Below are positions 10,464-18,676 of a stretch of DNA of 64,000 nt, piece after piece. The notes under the pieces were generated by a model. That model had not been told where the DNA came from. It saw only the letters and a program-made list of their open reading frames with translations, and did no database searches. Origin of the DNA: Candidatus Aminicenantes bacterium (lineage in GTDB: Bacteria > Acidobacteriota > Aminicenantia > Aminicenantales > Saccharicenantaceae); NCBI GenBank assembly GCA_963717865.1, contig CAVQXL010000004.1, positions 941,840 to 1,005,839 of the forward strand, written 5' to 3'. Within the stretch, counting starts at the first letter, position 1. The number at the start of each line of letters is the position of its first letter. The position numbers and the translations under genes were made by a program.

Positions 10464-11363
10464 TCAGACCTCGGCCTCGACGATCGAGATCCGGCCCGGG
10501 TCGACGGTGCCGAGCCCCAGCTTTTCGGCGGTGGCCAGGTAGGACGGCTCCCGTTGTTCTTCGGCGAGGGAGGGGAGGCCCTTCTTCGCCCGCAGGCCTT
10601 CGATGAGCCGCCAGCCGACCGCGTCCGTCGCCACGGGGTCCGTCCCGAAGACGAGGGCGCCGGCCCTTTCCGCCCAGGACGGGTGGTAGGAAGGGCCGCG
10701 GTGATATTGAACGGTCAAGGCATCCAGGATGGTCAGCCGGTGCCTCCCTCTGACGGGCGGGGCATCGAAGACATCGGCGACGTATGGATCGCAGCGGCCG
10801 TCGTGGTATTTGTTCGGATTGTGGATGGCGCCGAAATAATTCTTCATCCCGGCGGTTACGCCCGCCATCCCGTGGTCCTTGAGGACGGCCAGGCTGATCG
10901 AGGCCGTGACGTAATCTTCCTGGATGGAAGAGAAGAGGCTCCCGATGTCGCGGTGGACGACGAGCTCGCGGCCGTAGCCGACCCCGTCGGTGTCCGTGCC
11001 GAATACGCGGGGCCCGGCGCCTCCGGAGGAGAGCTTATAGCCCGCGGACCTGAGCTCGTGGTTCGTGCGGTCCCAGACGATGACGTTCCCCGGCTTGACG
11101 GTCTTTTCGGCGAGCCAGGAAGCCAGGGGTAGCGAGACGTCCGGACGGGTGCTGAGGGCCTTTCCGCCGATGGCGTTGATCTTGATGCCGACCACATCGC
11201 CGGGACCGAACAGCCGGCGCAGTCCGGCGTCCGGATCGCTCTCTCCGGTCAGGATGCGGATCCCCGTTTCATACATGCGCCGGATCGTCCCCGGAGGGGC
11301 GTCCCCCGGGGGGAGCCCCTTCGCCCTGATCACCACGATCCGTGACGCGTCCATCCCAACCAT
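10464..11363 (-). CDS. DUF362 domain protein
   Basis: The sequence resembles the DUF362 family (VGIKINAIGG.., VLKDHGMAGVTAGMKNYFG, DALTVQY). The stop is 1 nt from the radical SAM start. The track ORF begins at TTG 11390; in-frame ATG 11363 is preferred. Confidence 0.7.
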   Translation of the reverse strand: MVGMDASRIVVIRAKGLPPGDAPPGTIRRMYETGIRILTGESDPDAGLRRLFGPGDVVGIKINAIGGKALSTRPDVSLPLASWLAEKTVKPGNVIVWDRTNHELRSAGYKLSSGGAGPRVFGTDTDGVGYGRELVVHRDIGSLFSSIQEDYVTASISLAVLKDHGMAGVTAGMKNYFGAIHNPNKYHDGRCDPYVADVFDAPPVRGRHRLTILDALTVQYHRGPSYHPSWAERAGALVFGTDPVATDAVGWRLIEGLRAKKGLPSLAEEQREPSYLATAEKLGLGTVDPGRISIVEAEV

Positions 11364-11404
11364 GATGGCTCTTATACCGGGGGCTGTCAACTCCGCGCGC
11401 CCGC

Positions 11405-11433
11405 TTGAAATGGGGGTGCGGAGCCGCTATATT
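11405..11433 (+). promoter_or_regulatory. sigma70-like promoter (TTGAAA-17-TATATT)
   Basis: The -35 is 11405-11410 and the -10 is 11428-11433. A GGGAGG Shine-Dalgarno lies just before ATG 11466. Confidence 0.45.
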
Positions 11434-11465
11434 GGGAGGGCGGTTCCGATGGTCCGGGAGGCATC

Positions 11466-12389
11466 ATGAAAATATCGAGCAGAGCGTTTGGTCCGGCGGC
11501 GATGTTGGTCGCGGTCCTATTCTCCGCCGCTCGGGGGGCGGAAGGGAGGGCGCAGAGGGCGGGCGACCCGTCGCTCCTGGCCCTGATCCCGACGATCGAC
11601 GGCTGGACGGCGACCGAAAAGCCGCGGAGCTTCTTCCCCGACACCTTGTACGAATACATCGACGGGGCCGCCGAAAGCTACATCGGCTACGATTTCGAGG
11701 AGCTGGCCGTCGCCGAGTTCTCCCAGGCAGGAACGACGGCGTCCCTGACCCTCGAGATCTACGACATGGGAGACACCCTCGACGCGTTCGGCATCTATAG
11801 CGCCGAGCGTTTCCCGGACAACAAGGCCGTCGATATCGGGACCCACGGCTACATCGAGGGCGAGGTCCTCAACTTCGTCGCGGGGCCCAACTACGTGAAG
11901 CTCCTCTGCTTCAACGGCGGGGAGTCGACCGCCTCGATCCTCGAAGTCTTCGCCCGAAAAGTCGCCGCGGCGGCGGGGGCCAAGGGCGCCATCCCGGCCC
12001 CGTTCTCGGTGTTCCCGAAGGACGGGCTCGTCCCGAACAGCGAGAAGTACATCCGGCGGAACGTCATGGGATTCGATTTTCTGAGCGACGGGTACTTGGT
12101 CTCCTATAAAGCGGACGGGGCCGAGTTCGAGGGCTTCGTCATCGAGCCCGACAAGGCGCAGGACCCGGCGGCGTTGTTGAAGCGCCTCCTGGATTTCTTC
12201 ACCCGGGACGGACAGGCCGTGGAGCCTTCGGCCGCCGGCTATCGCGTCAGGAACAAGTACGCCCAGAACCTGTTCCTCGGGATCGCCGGGGACCGCCTTT
12301 GCGGGATCAACAGGGTTCCGGACGGGTCCGAACGGGCGGGCTCGGCATTGTTCGAGCGTCTGGCCGAAGCCGTGAAAAAAGGCGCCTGA
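11466..12389 (+). CDS. secreted hypothetical protein
   Basis: Intact 307-aa ORF with a signal peptide (MKISSRAFGPAAMLVAVLFSAARGAEG). I cannot assign a family with confidence. Confidence 0.6.
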   Translation: MKISSRAFGPAAMLVAVLFSAARGAEGRAQRAGDPSLLALIPTIDGWTATEKPRSFFPDTLYEYIDGAAESYIGYDFEELAVAEFSQAGTTASLTLEIYDMGDTLDAFGIYSAERFPDNKAVDIGTHGYIEGEVLNFVAGPNYVKLLCFNGGESTASILEVFARKVAAAAGAKGAIPAPFSVFPKDGLVPNSEKYIRRNVMGFDFLSDGYLVSYKADGAEFEGFVIEPDKAQDPAALLKRLLDFFTRDGQAVEPSAAGYRVRNKYAQNLFLGIAGDRLCGINRVPDGSERAGSALFERLAEAVKKGA

Positions 12390-12392
12390 ATC

Positions 12393-12734
12393 CTACAAGG
12401 GATTCTGGCGGAGGTGGTCGCGGAGCCTTTGGAATTCCTTTTCCAGCCCCTGAAGGTTCGCCTGGGCCTTTGCGGCACTGCCGTTCCTCCCGGCGAGCTC
12501 GATGGCCGACGCGCGATCCCGAAGCAGGGGCAGGCTCAGGTTGGCCGAGGACCCCTTGATCGCGTGACCGAGCTGTTCGACGGCCTTGAGGTCGCCCTGG
12601 GCGAGAGCCCCCCGGAGCCCGGCGACCCTCGTCGCGAGATCGGCCGTATAGATGTCGAGGAGTTCCTTGAGGAAATCCCTGTCGTCTCCCACCCGGGCCA
12701 GGGCGTCCGCAACGTCGATCGGAATTCGTTCCAT
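12393..12734 (-). CDS. Hpt (histidine phosphotransfer) domain protein
   Basis: MERIPIDVADAL.. contains the Hpt signature HAIKGSSANLSL. Start chosen at ATG 12734 inside ORF 12393-12851. Confidence 0.8.
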   Translation of the reverse strand: MERIPIDVADALARVGDDRDFLKELLDIYTADLATRVAGLRGALAQGDLKAVEQLGHAIKGSSANLSLPLLRDRASAIELAGRNGSAAKAQANLQGLEKEFQRLRDHLRQNPL

Positions 12735-12750
12735 GTTTTCCTCCGTCCTC

Positions 12751-13656
12751 TCAAGCCCCCGCGACGACGCGGTTCCTTCCCAGGCTCTTGCCCTTGTAAA
12801 GGGCGGCATCGCTCGCCTGGACCAGAGTCTCGGCCGTGGCGTCCGGGGCAAGCTCCGACGAGGCGCAGCCCAGCGTCACCGTGACCAGGACGTCGCCGGC
12901 CGGCGTCCTTACCTTCCTCCCGGAGATGGCCTTCCGGAGCCGCTCCCCGATGGCCGCCGCGTCGGCGAGGCCGCATCCCGGAAGGACGACGAGCATCTCA
13001 TCTCCGCCGTAGCGGCCCACCCTGTCGTAGGGACGGACGCCCCGCTCCAGCCGCTTGGCGATCTCTATGAGGGCGACGTCACCGGCGAGGTGGCCGTGGG
13101 CGTCGTTGATCTTCTTGAAGTTGTCGATGTCGATCATGATCGCGCTCACGGGGTGGCTCTCCCTCCGCCCCCGGGCCAGGTCCTCCTCGAGGAACAGGAA
13201 GGCGTTCGCCCTGTTCCAGAGGCTCGTCAAATTGTCCCGGCTGGCCATGTCCTTGAGCTTCCGGTTGGATTCGAGAAGCTTGTCCTCGAGCTCGACGAGG
13301 CGCCGGCCCGTCTGGATCCGCGCCCGGAGCTCCAGGAGGTTCACCGGCTTGGCCATGTAGTCGTCGGCGCCGGCTTCGAGGCCTTCGACGATGTCCTGCC
13401 TCCGGTCCCTGGAGGTGAGCATGATGATGTAGACGTACTTCGGCCCGCCGTCCTGACGGACGAACCGGCAGATCTCGAGGCCGTTGATCCCCGGCATCAT
13501 CCAGTCGAGGATGGCCAGGCGGACTTCCCCTCCCCGGAGGATCGCCAGGGCTTCATCGCCGTTCCCGGCGAGGGCGCAGTCGTAGTCCCAGCCCGAGATG
13601 CTCTTCTCCAGCAATCTCCGGGAGACCGGGTCGTCCTCGGCGATCAGGATCTTCAT
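12751..13656 (-). CDS. response regulator with GGDEF diguanylate cyclase domain (REC-GGDEF)
   Basis: The receiver has the acceptor Asp in AILDWMMPG. The GGDEF domain has the variant active-site motif GGDEM (12994-13008) and an RxxD I-site (RPYD) five residues upstream. Intact frame with a 4-nt overlap with the kinase gene. Confidence 0.9.
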   Translation of the reverse strand: MKILIAEDDPVSRRLLEKSISGWDYDCALAGNGDEALAILRGGEVRLAILDWMMPGINGLEICRFVRQDGGPKYVYIIMLTSRDRRQDIVEGLEAGADDYMAKPVNLLELRARIQTGRRLVELEDKLLESNRKLKDMASRDNLTSLWNRANAFLFLEEDLARGRRESHPVSAIMIDIDNFKKINDAHGHLAGDVALIEIAKRLERGVRPYDRVGRYGGDEMLVVLPGCGLADAAAIGERLRKAISGRKVRTPAGDVLVTVTLGCASSELAPDATAETLVQASDAALYKGKSLGRNRVVAGA

Positions 13657-16088
13657 TCGGGGCCTCTCTTCACGGTTCCCCGGGCGACGCGGTCCAGTGT
13701 CCGGAAAAGCTCTTCGGGGTTCAGGGGCTTGGAAACGTAGTCGTCCATCCCGGCCTCGAGGCAGCGCTTCCGGTCCTCCTTGAGGGCATGGGCGGTCAGG
13801 GCGATGACGGGCATGTGGCGGCGGGTCCGGCGCTCCCGGGCCCGGATCCGGGCCGTGGCTTCGAACCCGTCGAGGACCGGCATCTGGACGTCCATCAGGA
13901 CGGCATCGAACTCCTCCTTGTCCAGGGCGTCCAGGACCTCGTTCCCGTTACCGGCCGTCCGGACGATGTGTCCGCGCTTCTCGAGGATGTGGACGGCTAC
14001 TTTCTGGTTGATGGGATTGTCCTCCGCGAGGAGGATCCTCAGAGGCGGGCCGGCGGCGACGGGGACCGGCCGGGTGATGATCTCGGGAGCGTCCCCGGCC
14101 GCGAGCCGCGAGCCTTGGGCGAGAAGGATGGCGTCGAGGAGCTCCGACTGCTTGACGGGTTTCGTGAGGTAGGCCTGGACCCCCAGGCCCCGGCAGCGAT
14201 CGACGTCGCCGATGCGGTCCGAGGAGGTCAGGATCATGATCTTGAGCCCCTTCAAGGCCGGGTCCTTACGGACGCGGTCGATGAGGTCGAAGCCGTCCAT
14301 GCCGGGCATGTTGGCGTCGATGAGGGCGAGGGCGAAGTCCCGGCCGCGGCGGCCCTTCCGCTTGAGGAGCCGCAGGGCTTCCGTCCCGCTCGCCACGTCC
14401 ACGGGCCGCATCTGCCAGTTCGTCAGGATCTCCTTCAGGATCCGCCGGTTCGTGGCGTTGTCGTCGACGATGAGGACCGGCAGGTCTCGAACCTCCTCGG
14501 GCTCGGCCGGCGTCGCCCTCCGGGAGACTGTCCGCTGGAGTCCGAGCCGGGCCGTGAAATGGAAGCGGCTTCCGGCCCCCGGTTCGCTCTCGACCCAGAT
14601 GCGGCCCCCCATGAGCTCGACGAGGCGGTAGGAGATCGTCAGGCCCAGGCCCGTACCGCCGTAACGCCGGGTCGTTGACCCGTCGGCCTGGACGAAGGCC
14701 TGAAAGATGGCTTTCTGCTTGTCCCGGGGGATGCCGATCCCCGTGTCCGAGACCGTGAAGTGGAGGAGGACGTGGTTCCTGTCGGCGGATTCCGCGGTCG
14801 CGTCGATGACGACCTCGCCGCGCTCGGTGAACTTGATCGCGTTGCTCGTTAGATTGATGAGGACCTGACGGAGGCGGCGGATGTCGCCGACGAGGCCGTC
14901 CGGGACGTCGGGGGAGATGCGGCAGGCGAGCTCCAGTCCCTTCCGGTGGGCTTCCAGGCCCAGGAAAGAGGCGGTCTCGGCGACGGCGTCGCGCAGGCCG
15001 AAGCGGATCGGTTCGAGGTCCATCATCCGGGCCTCGATCTTGGAGAAATCGAGGATATCGTTGAGCAGGACGAGGAGCGAATCCGCCGACGCCTTGATGG
15101 CGTTCAGGTAATCCCGCTGGATGGGGGAAAGGGGCGTGTCCAGGGCGAGGTCGGTCATCCCGATGATACCGTTCATCGGCGTGCGGATCTCGTGGCTCAT
15201 ATTGGCCAGGAACTCGGACTTGGCGGCGTTGGCGGCCTGGGCCTCGAGACGGGAGGCCTTGAGCTCGGCCTCGGCCTGTTTCTGCAGGGAGATGTTGGTG
15301 ACCGCGGAGAGGACTCCCATGAACTTGCCCGCTTCGAACAGCGATCGGGCGCTCACCAGGACCGGGACAGGCGTTCCCTCCTTGGACCGGAGCACGGTCT
15401 CGTAGATCTCGAGCGTGCTTTTCGAGCGCCGCGAGCGGGTCTTCTTCCGGATGCGGGCGAGCTCTTCCGGCGAGATGAAATCCTTCGGGTCGCGGCCGGT
15501 CAGCTCCTCGGCCCGGAACCCTAGGAGCCGCTCAAGGGCGGGATTGACGAAGACCACCCGGCCTCGGGCGTCCTCGAGGATGATGCCCTCGGCCAATCCA
15601 TTGACGATGTTCTCGTTGAATTCCTTGAGGGACTCGAGCTCCTTCTGGAAGCGCGCGATCTCCCGCTCCTTTTTCCGGCGCTCCGAGATGTCCCTGTAGA
15701 TGCCGACGGCGCCCTCGATCCGGCCGTTCCAGAGGATGGGAGAGGCCGAGATGCTGATATCCACGGGCGTCCCGTCCTTCCGATAGCGAACCGACTCCGC
15801 ATCGATGAGCGGGCCGTTCCTGCGGCTAACGGTCCGGGATAGGGCCAGCGCTTCTTTGTACTTCGGCCCGCCGACGAGCCTGTCGATGTTCTTTCCGACC
15901 GCTTCCCGGCGCCCGTAGCCGAAGATCCTCCGGGCGCCGTCGCTCCATTCGACGATGTTGTTCTTGCGGTCGAGGGCGACGATGCCGTCGGCGAGGCTTT
16001 GGACGACCGCTTTCCAGTATAGGGAGCGTTCGTTGTTCTTTTCGGCTTCTCTAAGGAAGGTGCGGAAGGCATGGGGGCTCGTTTTCAT
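13653..16088 (-). CDS. hybrid sensor histidine kinase (PAS-PAS-HisKA-HATPase-REC-REC)
   Basis: Intact 811-aa ORF with H-box SHEIRTPMNGIIG, ATPase motif GGTGLGLTIS, and two receiver domains (IDANMPGMDG; MDVQMPVLDG). Confidence 0.9.
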   Translation of the reverse strand: MKTSPHAFRTFLREAEKNNERSLYWKAVVQSLADGIVALDRKNNIVEWSDGARRIFGYGRREAVGKNIDRLVGGPKYKEALALSRTVSRRNGPLIDAESVRYRKDGTPVDISISASPILWNGRIEGAVGIYRDISERRKKEREIARFQKELESLKEFNENIVNGLAEGIILEDARGRVVFVNPALERLLGFRAEELTGRDPKDFISPEELARIRKKTRSRRSKSTLEIYETVLRSKEGTPVPVLVSARSLFEAGKFMGVLSAVTNISLQKQAEAELKASRLEAQAANAAKSEFLANMSHEIRTPMNGIIGMTDLALDTPLSPIQRDYLNAIKASADSLLVLLNDILDFSKIEARMMDLEPIRFGLRDAVAETASFLGLEAHRKGLELACRISPDVPDGLVGDIRRLRQVLINLTSNAIKFTERGEVVIDATAESADRNHVLLHFTVSDTGIGIPRDKQKAIFQAFVQADGSTTRRYGGTGLGLTISYRLVELMGGRIWVESEPGAGSRFHFTARLGLQRTVSRRATPAEPEEVRDLPVLIVDDNATNRRILKEILTNWQMRPVDVASGTEALRLLKRKGRRGRDFALALIDANMPGMDGFDLIDRVRKDPALKGLKIMILTSSDRIGDVDRCRGLGVQAYLTKPVKQSELLDAILLAQGSRLAAGDAPEIITRPVPVAAGPPLRILLAEDNPINQKVAVHILEKRGHIVRTAGNGNEVLDALDKEEFDAVLMDVQMPVLDGFEATARIRARERRTRRHMPVIALTAHALKEDRKRCLEAGMDDYVSKPLNPEELFRTLDRVARGTVKRGPE

Positions 16089-16095
16089 GCCTCCG

Positions 16096-16123
16096 ATTGT
16101 ACCCTGCCCCGCGCCCTCGTCAA
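16096..16123 (-). promoter_or_regulatory. promoter of the kinase operon (TTGACG-16-TACAAT), leaderless geometry
   Basis: On the minus strand the -35 is 16123-16118 and the -10 is 16101-16096. Only 7 nt separate the -10 from ATG 16088. Confidence 0.45.
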
Positions 16124-16176
16124 TCGCCGATGCGGGTGAGAGCGGGGGGGGATATTCACGCGCCTCGCCTCATCGC

Positions 16177-16203
16177 GGGGGGCGAGGGGGGAGGGGGAGG
16201 GGG
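16177..16203 (+). other. G-quadruplex-forming motif (G6-N3-G6-N1-G5-N1-G5)
   Basis: GGGGGGCGAGGGGGGAGGGGGAGGGGG is read directly from the sequence. A further G8 run lies at 16144-16151. Confidence 0.5.
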
Positions 16204-16227
16204 ATGATTCCTTTTTCCCGGCGTTTA

Positions 16228-16236
16228 TGTTAGATA
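16228..16236 (+). promoter_or_regulatory. extended -10 element (TGT-TAGATA), leaderless geometry for the AI-2E transporter gene
   Basis: The TG is at 16228-16229 and the hexamer at 16231-16236, followed by 7 nt and then ATG 16244. No Shine-Dalgarno is possible. Confidence 0.35.
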
Positions 16237-16243
16237 TAATTCC

Positions 16244-17260
16244 ATGAACGACAACAAGTTCCTCAACGTGGCGATGGGCTTCATCGCCCTCGTCGTCGCC
16301 GGCGTCGTCATCAAGCTGGCCAAGCCGGTCCTTTTCCCGTTCTTCCTGGCCATCTTCATTTCTTACATCATCAACCCGGCCCTGGAATTCCTGATGCGGC
16401 GGAAGATCCCGAAGCCCCTGGCCGTCCTTGGCCTCATCCTAGCTACCTTTTCCTTAATGTACCTTTTCGGCGCGATCTTCTATTCGAGCGGGAAGGCGTT
16501 CGCCGCGGAATTCCCCAAGTACGGGGCGCAGTTCGAAGCCCTCCTCGCGAAGCTCGAGGCTTCTCGTTTTCTGGGCGTCCACTGGAGCCAATCGATCCTG
16601 CTCGGGGCGATCAACGTCGAAAAGATCGCTGCGATCGCCGTCTCTGCCCTCGGCCCGTTCTTTTCTTTCATGTCGACCCTCGTCCTCGTTCTCGTCTTCC
16701 TCATCTTCATCCTGGCGGGACGGGGAAGGCTCGCCGCGAAGATCGAGTGCTCGTTCAGCCCCGGTCAAGCGAAAAAGATCAGCGCGATGCTCGAAAACAT
16801 CAACGGACAGATCGAGAAATACCTGGCCATCAAGACCGTCTTCTGCATCATTAATGGGATCGTTGTCGGCGTCGTTCTCGCCCTCTTCGGCGTCGAATTC
16901 GCCGTTGTCTTCGGCTTCCTGGCCTTCTTCCTGAACTACATCCCTAATATCGGTTCGACGGTCTCTACCGCTGTCCCCATCATCATCGCATTCCTTCAGT
17001 ACGGGAGCGTCTTGAGGTGCCTGGCCATCCTGGCCATCGTGGTCCTGCTCGACAATGTCATGGGGAATTTCCTGGAACCCAGGTTCATGGGCCGCGGATT
17101 GGGGCTCAGCCCGCTCGTCGTCATCTTCTCCCTCATCTTCTGGGGCTGGCTCTGGGGGATCCCGGGCATGGTGCTGTCCGTGCCCATTACCGCCGTCATC
17201 AAGATCGTCTGCGCCAACATCCCGTCGCTCCGCCCGGTCGCGGAGCTCATGAGCAAGTAG
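16244..17260 (+). CDS. AI-2E family transporter (PerM-like permease)
   Basis: Intact 338-aa polytopic membrane ORF with typical family segments (FFLNYIPNIGSTVS.., LGLSPLVVIFSLIFWGWLWG). Confidence 0.85.
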   Translation: MNDNKFLNVAMGFIALVVAGVVIKLAKPVLFPFFLAIFISYIINPALEFLMRRKIPKPLAVLGLILATFSLMYLFGAIFYSSGKAFAAEFPKYGAQFEALLAKLEASRFLGVHWSQSILLGAINVEKIAAIAVSALGPFFSFMSTLVLVLVFLIFILAGRGRLAAKIECSFSPGQAKKISAMLENINGQIEKYLAIKTVFCIINGIVVGVVLALFGVEFAVVFGFLAFFLNYIPNIGSTVSTAVPIIIAFLQYGSVLRCLAILAIVVLLDNVMGNFLEPRFMGRGLGLSPLVVIFSLIFWGWLWGIPGMVLSVPITAVIKIVCANIPSLRPVAELMSK

Positions 17261-17287
17261 GTTCCAGCCGTTTCGGCCGCCCCGTTC

Positions 17288-17932
17288 CTATGGGATGATC
17301 CGGTTCTTTTGCGTTAGGCCTCTGATCCTGGCGAAACGGTCGACGAGATCGTCGAGATAGACCCGGCCGTCGGGGGCGCTCCGGACTCTGAGCCGGACCG
17401 AGTCGATGATCCTGTCCAGACAGCGGAGCTTCTCCTCCCGCCCGTACGATTCGAGTCCAGAGGTCAGGAGCACCGGGGCTTCCCAACGGGCCCTTTCGGA
17501 AGCGGTGAAAACCGCTTCGCCGAGCTCGTTCGAGGGCTTGCGGCTCTCGCCCGGGATGATCAGGAGCCCCTTTCCCTTATCGACCTTGGCCCGGGCGTAC
17601 TCGAGCGCCAGGAGGGCCTGCCCATCCGTCAGGGAGGGGGAGCGTTCGGAGATCTGAGCGAGAGGGGCCTCGAGCTGGAGGACCAGCCAGGCGAGCCGCT
17701 CGTCCTTGAGGACGTCGTCCTCGGCCCGGCGCGAGCGGGGGGGCCGGACGGAGACCCTTTCCAGGACCCGCTTTTCCTGATAGGGCTTGTGCCGGGCGAG
17801 GTGGGGGCAGGCCGGGGGGCAGTGGAGCTCTTTTTCCCGAAGGCGTCCGCAACAGAGGTTGCAGAGTCGGCTCCCCAGGGCGGGGCACGACCGCTTGGCT
17901 ACCCGGATCCCGCATTTGGGGCAGAGGGGCAT
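17288..17932 (-). CDS. hypothetical protein with Cys-rich (zinc-ribbon-like) N-terminus
   Basis: ATG 17932 gives MPLCPKCGIRVAKRSCPALGSRLCNLCCGRL..HCPPACPH. The upstream part of ORF 17288-18292 lies over rnc in another frame. Confidence 0.55.
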   Translation of the reverse strand: MPLCPKCGIRVAKRSCPALGSRLCNLCCGRLREKELHCPPACPHLARHKPYQEKRVLERVSVRPPRSRRAEDDVLKDERLAWLVLQLEAPLAQISERSPSLTDGQALLALEYARAKVDKGKGLLIIPGESRKPSNELGEAVFTASERARWEAPVLLTSGLESYGREEKLRCLDRIIDSVRLRVRSAPDGRVYLDDLVDRFARIRGLTQKNRIIP

Positions 17933-17937
17933 GCGCG

Positions 17938-18675
17938 TCAATCCTTCTTCGCGACGATGAACGTTTCGGACGTCAGGACCTTCATCTTCCGGCCGAGCAT
18001 GGACTTGAGGGCCTTCTGGGCGGCGGCCTGTTCGGCGGCCTTGCGGGAGTGCCCCTTGGCCTTGGCCAGGACCCTGTCCCGGGCACAGACCTCGACGACG
18101 AACGTCTTGTCGTGGGCGGGTCCCTTCTCGACGACCGTCCGGTAGGAAGGGGAGGGGAGGCCGTCCTTCTGGAACGCCTCCTGGAGGGCCGACTTGAAGT
18201 TGTTGATGAGGAACTCCTCCCGGATGGGCCGGAACGACGAAGCGAGGACCTTTGCGATGAACGCCCGCGCGGGCTCGAATCCGCCGTCGCAATAGATCGC
18301 CCCGACGACCGCTTCGAAGACCCCGGCCAGGATCGTCTTTTTGCCCCGGCCGCCGCTTTTTTCCTCGCCCCTTCCGAGGAGCATGGCCTTGTCCAGCTTG
18401 AGCTTTTGGGCGAATTCGGAGAGCGAAAGCGTCGAGGAGGCCGTGGACTTCAGCTTGGACAGCTCCCCCTCGGCGAGGCCCGGATAAGCCTCATAGAAGT
18501 GGTGGGCGACGGCCAGGCCCACGACGGAGTCGCCCAGGAATTCCAAGAGCTCGTTGTCCTTCGCCCCGGGCTTTTCAAAGGCGAACGAGCTGTGGGTCAG
18601 CGCCTTTTCGAGGAGGTCCCTGTCCTTGAACGCGTAGCCGAGCCTCTTTTCGAGGCGGTCGAGATTCGTTTTCAT
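17938..18675 (-). CDS. rnc: ribonuclease III
   Basis: Intact frame with the RNase III signature NELLEFLGDSVVGLAVA, catalytic-region GGRGKKTILAGVFEAVVGAIY, and a C-terminal dsRBD. Confidence 0.95.
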   Translation of the reverse strand: MKTNLDRLEKRLGYAFKDRDLLEKALTHSSFAFEKPGAKDNELLEFLGDSVVGLAVAHHFYEAYPGLAEGELSKLKSTASSTLSLSEFAQKLKLDKAMLLGRGEEKSGGRGKKTILAGVFEAVVGAIYCDGGFEPARAFIAKVLASSFRPIREEFLINNFKSALQEAFQKDGLPSPSYRTVVEKGPAHDKTFVVEVCARDRVLAKAKGHSRKAAEQAAAQKALKSMLGRKMKVLTSETFIVAKKD

Positions 18676-18676
18676 G

